Positions 56,473 through 64,000 of a DNA stretch of 64,000 bases are shown piece after piece. The notes under the pieces are model-generated. The model saw only the letters and a list, made by a program, of their open reading frames with translations, did not search any database and was not told the DNA's origin. Source of the stretch: Candidatus Hydrogenedentota bacterium (GTDB lineage: Bacteria > Hydrogenedentota > Hydrogenedentia > Hydrogenedentales > JAEUWI01); NCBI GenBank assembly GCA_019637335.1, contig JAHBVV010000001.1, positions 377,440 to 441,439 on the forward strand, given 5' to 3'. The position numbers were made by a program, and so were the translations under genes. Position 1 is the stretch's first letter. Every line of letters begins with the position of its first letter.

Positions 56473-57573
56473 CTAGAAGTTCATTGCGTCCACTTCCGCG
56501 GAGATGCGGCGCTCGTGATCCCAGGTTCCGTTCTTCCAGAATTCGAGCGCGCGCTGGCTGTCCGGCGTGAGGTTTCGCAGATCGACGACGGTGGGCGTCA
56601 CGAAAATCAGCAGGGTGGTCTGTTGCGATTCGGAGACGCGGCTGCGGAACGGGAAACCGATAACGGGCAGGTCGCCGATAATGGGGACGCGGCGCTCCGA
56701 CTGGCGGACGAGGTTTGACGTGAGTCCGCCGGTGACGAGGGTTTGCCCGTCTGGAACGTAGACGGTGCCGGTTTGCGAGCGCTGGGAGAACACGGGCAGG
56801 TCGATTCCGCGGACGTTGTCGATCCGGAGGGTATCGGTCACGTCGAGCTTTTCGATCTGGAGCTTGACCATGTTGTTTGGCTGGATGGTTGGGGTCAGGG
56901 CCAGGTTCACGCCGATGGTCTTGAATTCCACCTTGAGCTGGGGAATGGCATTGTTCTTGTACTCGACGCTCTGGAAGGGGACTTCGCCGCCCGCGTTGAT
57001 TTCGGCGCGCATGCCGTTGATGACGAGGAGTTCGGGGCGGGAAACGGTATCCGAATCGCGCCCTCCCTCGACACCGCGAAAGACCGCGTCGATCGTGCCG
57101 TGGTCGGAATCGATAAGCGTGGCCGTCAGCCCGCCGCCTTCGCGCGTCTGAATGCCGTTCACGTTGCTGCTGTCTTCGTCGGGGCGCAAGGGCGTGCCGA
57201 CACCGGGTACCGGGAGGGTGACGCGATTGAAGTCGCCGACGGTGTCGACAACGTTGGTCGTAACCTGCTGGAGCGATCCGCTCTGTTCGACGCCCCGGAG
57301 AATCCGGGTATAGTTCAGATTGGCGCCGAGTTCGCGGAGGCCGCGTTCATTGGTCTCGACAATGCGGACCTTGATCTGTACCTGGCGAATGTCCTCCGGC
57401 CCGGTGGGGCCTTCGGGCGGGGCTTCGGCGGGCGGGGCCTCCTCGGCGGCCTCGGCGGGCGGGGCTTCTTCGGCGGGCGGGGCTTCCGCGGGGGCCTCAT
57501 CCTGGCCATGCGACAGACCGGGCATCGCCGCGAAGAGAAGAATCAGTCCGGCAATCCAGCAATGGCGTCTCAT
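56473..57573 (-). CDS. Secretin-family outer-membrane protein (short GspD/PilQ-like)
   Basis: Signal peptide present. The C-terminal secretin domain contains GQTLVTGGL...PIIGDLPVIGFPF...TLLIFVTPTV. The start overlaps the stop of the upstream secretin-like gene by 4 nt. Confidence 0.7.
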   Translation of the reverse strand: MRRHCWIAGLILLFAAMPGLSHGQDEAPAEAPPAEEAPPAEAAEEAPPAEAPPEGPTGPEDIRQVQIKVRIVETNERGLRELGANLNYTRILRGVEQSGSLQQVTTNVVDTVGDFNRVTLPVPGVGTPLRPDEDSSNVNGIQTREGGGLTATLIDSDHGTIDAVFRGVEGGRDSDTVSRPELLVINGMRAEINAGGEVPFQSVEYKNNAIPQLKVEFKTIGVNLALTPTIQPNNMVKLQIEKLDVTDTLRIDNVRGIDLPVFSQRSQTGTVYVPDGQTLVTGGLTSNLVRQSERRVPIIGDLPVIGFPFRSRVSESQQTTLLIFVTPTVVDLRNLTPDSQRALEFWKNGTWDHERRISAEVDAMNF

Positions 57574-58823
57574 GGCTTCGCCTCATCCACGGCGGGCGGG
57601 GTTTCCGCCGCGGGCTCCTCATCGGCGGGTGGAGCCGCCTCCGAATCGCCCACTTCGGGCGCTTCCTCGACGAGCGGGGGCGCACTCGGCCTATCGCCGT
57701 CGGCGGGAATCATGGACTCGTCGCCGGGAATGCCGCGTGTAATTTCGGACTGGAAGCTTTGGCCGGTGACTTCCTCGGCCAGGCCTTGCGGGATATCGGC
57801 CAGGCCACGGATAACTCCTCCGACGACCTCCGTCGGCCGCATGAGGATGCTCCGCCTGTCGACGTTGTCCACGCCGATGTCGAATATCGGGGGCGGGACG
57901 TCCGCCTTGATGAGGAACGCGAGTTCCCGGCGGGAACGGGAGAACTGGTTGTTCCCGATGCTGCTGCTGATGGGAACGGGTTCGACGGCGAATGGCACGA
58001 TGCGCTGCACGAGGCCGTTCAGGACGCGGTCTCCCTGCGCCAGCCAGGGCAGGGTGGCGAGGTCCTTGTCTTCGGTATTGCGGTAGAGTCCGCCGAGCAT
58101 GAGCACCTGGCCGTGACGCACCCAGACATCCGTCATGATCTGCCGGCTGACAAACTCCGGCACGCGTATCTCGTTGGCGGGCCGCTCGAAGAGATTGCCC
58201 GTGCCGGCGAGGGAGTCGTCCAGCGCGACGGTGATGCGCTGCCCCTCTTCCTTCACCGAGGCGTTCAGATTAAGCTGGATGTAGGTGTCATCCCGGGTTT
58301 CCGGGTTTCCGTCGTCGTCGACGATGCGGGTCGCTTTTACATCCAGGCTCACGCCGGTCGGTTTGAAATTCGTGATCTGTACGGCGGTCGAGCCGACGAC
58401 GACGGTGTCCTCGTAGGGGACATCCTGGGTGGTCTTGATGGTGGTGGGGGTTTCCTCGCCCACGGGTACCAGGGCGGTGGGCTCGGAGAGGATGAAGGCG
58501 CGGCCTTCGTCGACGAGGGCCTGCAAGACGATCTCGATATCGCCGTACTTGGTCACGAGGCGATCGAGGAAGACGGTGATGCCGGCGGTGGTGCGGTTCG
58601 GAAAGGTGATATCGGCGGTATTGATGGAACCATTTCCGCTGGATACCCGCCCGTAGGGCCGGGGTTCGGCGCGCTGCTGGAAATAGGCGCTGAGCCCGGT
58701 TTCCGTGCTCTTGCTGGTCTGGAATTCGATCACCTTCACCGAGACCTGGACCTGATCCTGGCCCGGGGCCGCGAGCGGGGCCGCCAGCACCAGGGCGGCG
58801 GCTATGGCCGTATAAACTCGCAT
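57570..58823 (-). CDS. Second secretin-like protein, a paralogous short secretin
   Basis: Signal peptide MRVYTAIAAALVLAAPLAAP. Secretin-like C-terminus at GQVLMLGGLYRN...LPWLAQGDRVLNGL...LAFLIKADV. ATG at 58821-58823 was chosen over TTG 58877. Confidence 0.55.
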   Translation of the reverse strand: MRVYTAIAAALVLAAPLAAPGQDQVQVSVKVIEFQTSKSTETGLSAYFQQRAEPRPYGRVSSGNGSINTADITFPNRTTAGITVFLDRLVTKYGDIEIVLQALVDEGRAFILSEPTALVPVGEETPTTIKTTQDVPYEDTVVVGSTAVQITNFKPTGVSLDVKATRIVDDDGNPETRDDTYIQLNLNASVKEEGQRITVALDDSLAGTGNLFERPANEIRVPEFVSRQIMTDVWVRHGQVLMLGGLYRNTEDKDLATLPWLAQGDRVLNGLVQRIVPFAVEPVPISSSIGNNQFSRSRRELAFLIKADVPPPIFDIGVDNVDRRSILMRPTEVVGGVIRGLADIPQGLAEEVTGQSFQSEITRGIPGDESMIPADGDRPSAPPLVEEAPEVGDSEAAPPADEEPAAETPPAVDEAKP

Positions 58824-58830
58824 AGAGACC

Positions 58831-59844
58831 TTATCGGAGGTACGTGCCGACGCATTCGTAGCGGTGCACGTTCTCAATGTTGTCGAAATTGGTGAAACGC
58901 AGGCTGAATGCGCGCGTATCTCCGGGGTTCAATCGGCCGATAGCGTAGCGCTGGCTGTCGTAGACGCGCCCCGCGAAGCCATATATGGTAACGATGACGG
59001 CGACGTCTCGCAGGGGGTAGTCCGCACGGTTCACCACCTGGCCGGAAACGTTATAGTGCTGGTTGGAGTAATCGTACTGGTCGGCGCGGTAGCGGCCGCT
59101 TCTCCAGGATTGTGTGTTGAAAATCGCCAGCGGCTCCGCGTCCGCGTAGCGCCGCTCCACCTCGTCGGGAGTGAGCACGACATATTCGCCGTCCGGTCCG
59201 AGTTCCATGCGCTGGCGGATGACCGCGTCGTCTTTCAGCGATGGCCAGATGGAAAGTATTCTCCGGTAGAGGAATGCGGCCTTGTTGTAGTCGGTATTAT
59301 TCCAGTAAACGTTGGCCAGTTCCAAATGGGCGGCGAGCTCCTGCGGTTCGGCGACGCCATCGAAGCTTGCCACGCGGGCTTCCAGTGCGGCCGTGTCGAC
59401 GGCCTGCGCCAGTGTTGCGGCCTCGATGCCCGCCACGTATTCGCGCGTGAGGCCGGCGTATTTTCCTTCGGGGGCCAGTTCCAGATACTTCCTGAAACTC
59501 CGATCGGCGTTGTAGAGGCCGTTAATCTTGTAATAGGTCAGCCCGAGGAAGTACCACCCTTCTTTTCCCGCGTCCGTGTCCGGGTATTGTGCGACGAGCG
59601 AGGTGAGGCGGGGTATGACGACGGAATATTCCCCGGCGCGCATCATACGCTGGGCTTCGGCGAGGTCCTGCCGGGCGCTTGCGCTGATGAGTGCGGCGTT
59701 GTTTGACGCAAATGGGCCGCTATTGTCGCGAATCAGCCTGGGTTGCTGGGTGTTCTGGCAACCCGCCAACAGCGCAAGCAGGAGGAACCCGCTCAGCGCG
59801 CATGCCCCCCCTTGGAACAGCCTGGGCATAGACAACACCCGCAT
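58831..59844 (-). CDS. TPR-repeat lipoprotein, a possible pilotin or assembly factor for the secretins
   Basis: Lipobox LLAGC. TPR-like Tyr/Leu/Ala repeats. Co-oriented and tightly spaced with the secretin genes. Confidence 0.5.
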   Translation of the reverse strand: MRVLSMPRLFQGGACALSGFLLLALLAGCQNTQQPRLIRDNSGPFASNNAALISASARQDLAEAQRMMRAGEYSVVIPRLTSLVAQYPDTDAGKEGWYFLGLTYYKINGLYNADRSFRKYLELAPEGKYAGLTREYVAGIEAATLAQAVDTAALEARVASFDGVAEPQELAAHLELANVYWNNTDYNKAAFLYRRILSIWPSLKDDAVIRQRMELGPDGEYVVLTPDEVERRYADAEPLAIFNTQSWRSGRYRADQYDYSNQHYNVSGQVVNRADYPLRDVAVIVTIYGFAGRVYDSQRYAIGRLNPGDTRAFSLRFTNFDNIENVHRYECVGTYLR

Positions 59845-59874
59845 GGATTGAAAGGACCGGTGGTGGTGAAGGGA

Positions 59875-60273
59875 CTACTTGAGCTTTTCGAGCACCAGCT
59901 CGGTGACGTCTTCAGCCTGAATCGCCGGCTCCAGGGATTCGAGGTAGCCGTCCGCCACGATCAGGTCAAAAGCCGTTTCTTCGCCCACTTCCTTAATGAG
60001 TTTCTGGGCCCGCTCGCTGGCCTTGCTGATCAGGATCCAGTATTTGGCGGAACCGCTGACAATTTTTTTCTTCTTGATGGAGGAATACTCCGGGGTCGCC
60101 TTCACAATGTCCTGATAGTTGACGCGGGCCGGTTTTTCGAAGGACTCGGGGGCCCCATAGAAGATTTTTTGCACGTCCTGCTTGTCGGCGGGAATGGAGA
60201 GGCCGGAGACGGGCATGGCCACGCTGCACAGGGCGACGGCGAGGAATAGAATGGTGTAGTTTCGAAGTCCCAT
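59875..60273 (-). CDS. OmpH/Skp-like periplasmic chaperone, small
   Basis: Signal peptide MGLRNYTILFLAVALCSVAMP. 132 aa, Lys-rich and helical. C-terminus ...AFDLIVADGYLE resembles Skp. Confidence 0.4.
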   Translation of the reverse strand: MGLRNYTILFLAVALCSVAMPVSGLSIPADKQDVQKIFYGAPESFEKPARVNYQDIVKATPEYSSIKKKKIVSGSAKYWILISKASERAQKLIKEVGEETAFDLIVADGYLESLEPAIQAEDVTELVLEKLK

Positions 60274-60589
60274 TTTGGAACGCCTTTTTCTACCCGGAGC
60301 GAATTGGGAATCACTCCTCGGGAGTTTTGTTCGTTCAAAAACGTACGAATTGTACGCTTGGATTCGCATAGGTGTCAATTAATTACCGGCGCCCCGGCCC
60401 GTTCGGATTCCCACCGATCCGCCTCCATCACAGCGGGTTTTGCTCCGGTCTTGAGTCTATAATGCCGTCGGTTCCCGAAAAGTTCCCGGCAACGGGGCAG
60501 TCGCGGCAATTTTTTTCCGCGGGAGGGCTACCCGATGGGCGCGTGTGCTCTCCCGGGTACTATACCATGTGGTTGGTGGCGCGTTACGG

Positions 60590-61450
60590 GTCGGGGGAAC
60601 CTCGAAGGGACGTGATAGAAATGATCACCACGAAGGGCGCGAAGGACAAGAAGGGAAACAGAGAAGAGTTTTAACCGCAGAGAACGCAGAGAGCGCATTC
60701 TTAACCACGAATGAACACCAATGCACACGAATGCACGAATACATCGGGAGCAGCCGCGGGCGGCGATCAAGAATTGCGCCCACGGATTGCACTGATGACA
60801 CGGATAGAAAATGATTTCGGTCGTTGGGGCCTGCCGGCGGCTGCGTGCGATTTCCGAGGCAGCCTGTTCGGATTGTTCAGTATCAGGAGTGTAGAGGCGT
60901 TGATCGGGTGGAGGGCGGCTTTTTCTCGTTTGGTTCGAGCGTCGCTGCAATCCGTGTCATCGGTGTAATCCGTGGGCAATAAGAAATACCGTAACACGTC
61001 AGCCATACGAAGCAGCCCCAATTCATTCTTGTCATGCCGAGATACTACGACGAGAGCGCGCCAGGCTGGGAGCGCAGGCGTCCCCGCCTGCAATGCACCG
61101 GAGGTGCATGGCGTGTTTGCAGTATCGGCGCCTTTGAGCGGGGAGACGACTGGACCCGGATCACAGCCGTCTATCCGATTCGCGCCTTCGGCGCGATGCG
61201 GGCGGGCCGCCCGCGCTCCCATTGGTCCGCACTTCCGTTGTGGCGCAGGTTTGTGTCGTCGAGAAATCAAGCCAACTTCACTCCGCTAAAGTGTTACGAA
61301 ATACCGACTACGAAATGCACGGCCCGGCCCGGAGATTCCCACTGGGGTTTCTGCTTTGCAAATACCTTTACACCAGATGGTTATGGGGCTCCTGGTCGCA
61401 CGAACCTTCAGAAAAAACAGGAAGGTGACGGGTAGTAGCATGAAGAGCGC
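60590..61450. repeat. Modular word-repeat element, locus 5, containing a family-A hairpin element at 61030-61270
   Basis: ...atgatcaccacgaagggcgcgaaggacaagaag...ttaaccgcagagaacgcagagagcgcattcttaaccacgaatgaacaccaatgcacacgaatgcac... The family-A copy that follows is atactacgacgag...ggcgcgatgcgggcgggccgcccgcgctcccattggtccgcacttccgttg. Confidence 0.75.
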
Positions 61451-61620
61451 AAAAAACAAAGAGATTATTGGGGTGACGGCGGCCCGGACCGCCTGGAGGG
61501 TCTTAATTTGAACGCCGTGGTCCGTTGATTCATTGCATCGATCCAGACCGGATGGGTACTATAGCGGGGCAGAAACCGCGCGTGGGCCGTTGGCTGCGTG
61601 CGCTCCGAAGGAAGGCTCGC

Positions 61621-64000
61621 ATGAAATCTCCCTTGATGAACTGGCTTGGTCTTGTCTTTTGCGCCGTGTTGCTTATGGCGCCGGCGGGGCGGGCGATTGC
61701 CGAGGCGGACGGATCTGATCAGGCGTGGCTCTGGGTTGTCCCGGGCGCGAACGCAGGCGGCCGCCACCTCGAATTGGCGGTTGACTGGGAGGAGACCGGT
61801 GCTGGCGGGGCGGAGATGCGTTTCACGTGTGTGCTCCAGAGTGACTTTTCCTTTTTGCGGGCGCAGGTCTACCTGAATGTGGTGGATGCGCTTGGGGCTC
61901 CCGTGGTATCGGGGGCATTGCCGCTGGACATCGACGCGGGCTCGAACACGTGCCAGATTACGCTGGATGCGGCGGCGCTTCCGGTTGGGGAGTATCGGGG
62001 GACAATCACGGTCGGCCACACCCTGCTTCTGGACACGCCGTCGCAGGCGTTCATATTGCGCAAGGTCAGCGCGGACCGGATGCTTTCGGATCTGGAGCAG
62101 TATGAGGAGCAGGCGTCGGAATTGAACCGGTCTCTGGGGGCGATGGAGGCGGCGGGATCCGCGCAGCCGTACCTGCGCCTGAAAACGAATATATTGACGG
62201 ATGTGCTGCGTATGGCCCGCGGCGACGCCGCCGGCGAGGCGTGGGAGTCGCTTTCAAACCGGCTCCGTTATGCGAAGGATCGGATCGATGCGGTTCGGGC
62301 GGGAATCGTCTTCGGGACGACGCAGCCCGAGCAGTCGCCGGCGATTCCCCCGGTCAATCCTGGAGAGATCGGCGTATCGCGGGGCGGCTTTACTTCGGGT
62401 GGCAGGCCGCTGTTTCTTCTTGGGGGCGCGCTGCCGGCGCGGGATCCGGAGATGCTGGCGCAGTTGCGGCGGTATCAGTTCAACGCGGCGACGCTGGTCC
62501 TGGGGGCGGGGGATGTTCGGGAAGGGGCGGGGCCGGGAACGCTCCAGCCGTTTTTTGAATCGGCGGTGGATCACAATATCGCGGTTGCGGTACAGCTTGC
62601 GCCGCACGACATACCGCCGGGGTTGCTTGAACAGCACCCGGAGTTGCGGCGCGGCGGCCAGACGAACCTGGCCGAGCCCGCGGCGCGCGCATACTGGGAG
62701 GGGTATGTTCGCGCGGCCGGCCCGATGCTTTCCGGGCGCCCGATGTTGTTTGGGGTGAGCCTGTCGGACGATGCGTATTTCCAATTCGATGGCGAGGATG
62801 TGAAGACGGGGTTCCTGGATTTTCTTCGGGCCAATTACTCGGACCGGCTGACGTTGAACCGTTCGTGGCGGGCGCACCTGGCCAGCCTGGACGATATCAC
62901 GCCGTGGAGCACGAATCCTTACGACACGTACCAGCAACACCGCCCGTACCAGTTTGACTGGCAGACCTATCACCAGGCCCTGGGGCACAGCTACTTTCGC
63001 TGGTCGCGCGATCTGGTGGCGTCGGCCCTGCCTGGCACGCCGCTGATGGCGACGCTGCCGGATAGTGTGTTTGCGGCGGGGGAAACCCGGCACGGTGTCA
63101 ACCGGGAGCGCCTTTCCGAGTTGCTGGATTATTCCGGCTGTTCGGCGCGATCGGTCCGGGCGAACGAGGTGTTCGCCCTGGATTATCCCCGGGAGTCGGC
63201 GTATTACACATTGCTGAAGTCGTTCCAGGCGGAGCGGCCTGTGTTCAACCTGCGGCTGGAGCTGGACGCGGGCGCGAACACGACGGGTGAACTTGCGTAC
63301 CGGTATGTGCACAGCGCGCTGTGGGAAGGGGCGATGTCCGGGCTGGGCGGGGCGACGGTTCCGATGGATTCGCTGGTATTTCAGGATCCGTATATGGTTG
63401 AAGCGCTGGCGACGGCGTCGCTCGATCTGAACCGGCTGGCTCCGATTGTGCATGCGTTTCAGACCGCGCCGGCGGACGTGGGTATACTTTTCAGCTATGC
63501 CTCGAAGGTGTTCGACGATGGGGACCCGCACTTGCGATCGGCGCTGAACGCTTACGAAGGGACCTCGTTTGGCGGGTACAAGGTGCGATTCATTTCGGAG
63601 GACCAGTGCGAGGCGGGGATCCTGGACGCGCTCAAGATTCTTGTGATTCCGGATACGCCGGCGCTGGGCGAGGCGGCGTTCCGCGAGATCAGCGAATACG
63701 TGGAGGCGGGGGGCACGGTGGCCCGGACGGGGGCGCCGATCCCGTATAACGAGCGGGGCTACTCGCGCGGGGACCTGATCCGGAACACGGGCAATACGGT
63801 GCTTGTGCGGGGGTTGAACCTGCCGACGGAGTACCTGCACGCGATGGACGCCGCGACGGTGCTTGGGGTGTTGCCGCAGATACCGCGGCCCATCACGCGC
63901 CAGGGGTATCCGGTTGAGGGGTTGAAGTCGCGGTATGTGGAGATTGACGGGGAGGGCTATCTTTATCTGTTGAATCTGCGCAAGGAGCCGGCGTACTGCA
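61621..64000 (+). CDS. Secreted hypothetical protein, 5' portion (extends beyond the window); possibly a TIM-barrel glycoside-hydrolase-like protein
   Basis: Open frame from ATG 61621 to the window end, at least 793 aa, absent from the supplied ORF track because it is truncated. Signal peptide MKSPLMNWLGLVFCAVLLMAPAGRAIA. Protein-like composition with Trp/Tyr-rich segments. Confidence 0.5.
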   Translation, partial: MKSPLMNWLGLVFCAVLLMAPAGRAIAEADGSDQAWLWVVPGANAGGRHLELAVDWEETGAGGAEMRFTCVLQSDFSFLRAQVYLNVVDALGAPVVSGALPLDIDAGSNTCQITLDAAALPVGEYRGTITVGHTLLLDTPSQAFILRKVSADRMLSDLEQYEEQASELNRSLGAMEAAGSAQPYLRLKTNILTDVLRMARGDAAGEAWESLSNRLRYAKDRIDAVRAGIVFGTTQPEQSPAIPPVNPGEIGVSRGGFTSGGRPLFLLGGALPARDPEMLAQLRRYQFNAATLVLGAGDVREGAGPGTLQPFFESAVDHNIAVAVQLAPHDIPPGLLEQHPELRRGGQTNLAEPAARAYWEGYVRAAGPMLSGRPMLFGVSLSDDAYFQFDGEDVKTGFLDFLRANYSDRLTLNRSWRAHLASLDDITPWSTNPYDTYQQHRPYQFDWQTYHQALGHSYFRWSRDLVASALPGTPLMATLPDSVFAAGETRHGVNRERLSELLDYSGCSARSVRANEVFALDYPRESAYYTLLKSFQAERPVFNLRLELDAGANTTGELAYRYVHSALWEGAMSGLGGATVPMDSLVFQDPYMVEALATASLDLNRLAPIVHAFQTAPADVGILFSYASKVFDDGDPHLRSALNAYEGTSFGGYKVRFISEDQCEAGILDALKILVIPDTPALGEAAFREISEYVEAGGTVARTGAPIPYNERGYSRGDLIRNTGNTVLVRGLNLPTEYLHAMDAATVLGVLPQIPRPITRQGYPVEGLKSRYVEIDGEGYLYLLNLRKEPAYC

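Overview
The window is a 64-kb high-GC (~65-70%) chromosomal segment. Long spurious ORFs lie antisense to every real gene, so calls rest on protein-family motifs rather than ORF length. A Planctomycete-type cytochrome c domain (PSCyt1) suggests a Planctomycetes-Verrucomicrobia-Chlamydiae (PVC) superphylum origin, though this is inferred only. Most of the content is housekeeping and envelope genes:
- acetyl-CoA synthetase;
- pyruvate phosphate dikinase;
- Zn-dependent alcohol dehydrogenase;
- HtrA protease;
- MurJ;
- Lnt;
- a GldA/GldF-GldG/DUF4340-like ABC module;
- a kaiC-kaiB-hybrid histidine kinase operon;
- an FHA-GAF histidine kinase;
- tandem secretin-like genes with a TPR lipoprotein and a Skp-like gene;
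- a 2123-aa beta-helix/Ig-like surface protein;
- an O-antigen-ligase/TPR fusion.
Nearly every intergenic region is filled with dispersed non-coding repeats of several families, including modular word-repeat elements at five loci, a ~77-bp tandem or dispersed unit, hairpin-bearing ~250-bp elements, and a 1.1-kb microsatellite cluster. A ~250-bp nested triple inverted repeat sits between the NRAMP-like gene and the alcohol dehydrogenase gene. The strongest candidate for an undescribed system is a ~1.9-kb low-GC (~50%) islet next to tRNA-Arg(TCT). It carries two co-oriented genes of unknown function (354 aa and 94 aa) directly downstream of a C-terminal remnant of a YeeA/MmeI-like DNA methyltransferase. 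This looks like a degraded defence-island context and a plausible novel accessory or anti-phage cassette. No CRISPR array, integrase, transposase or rRNA was seen.
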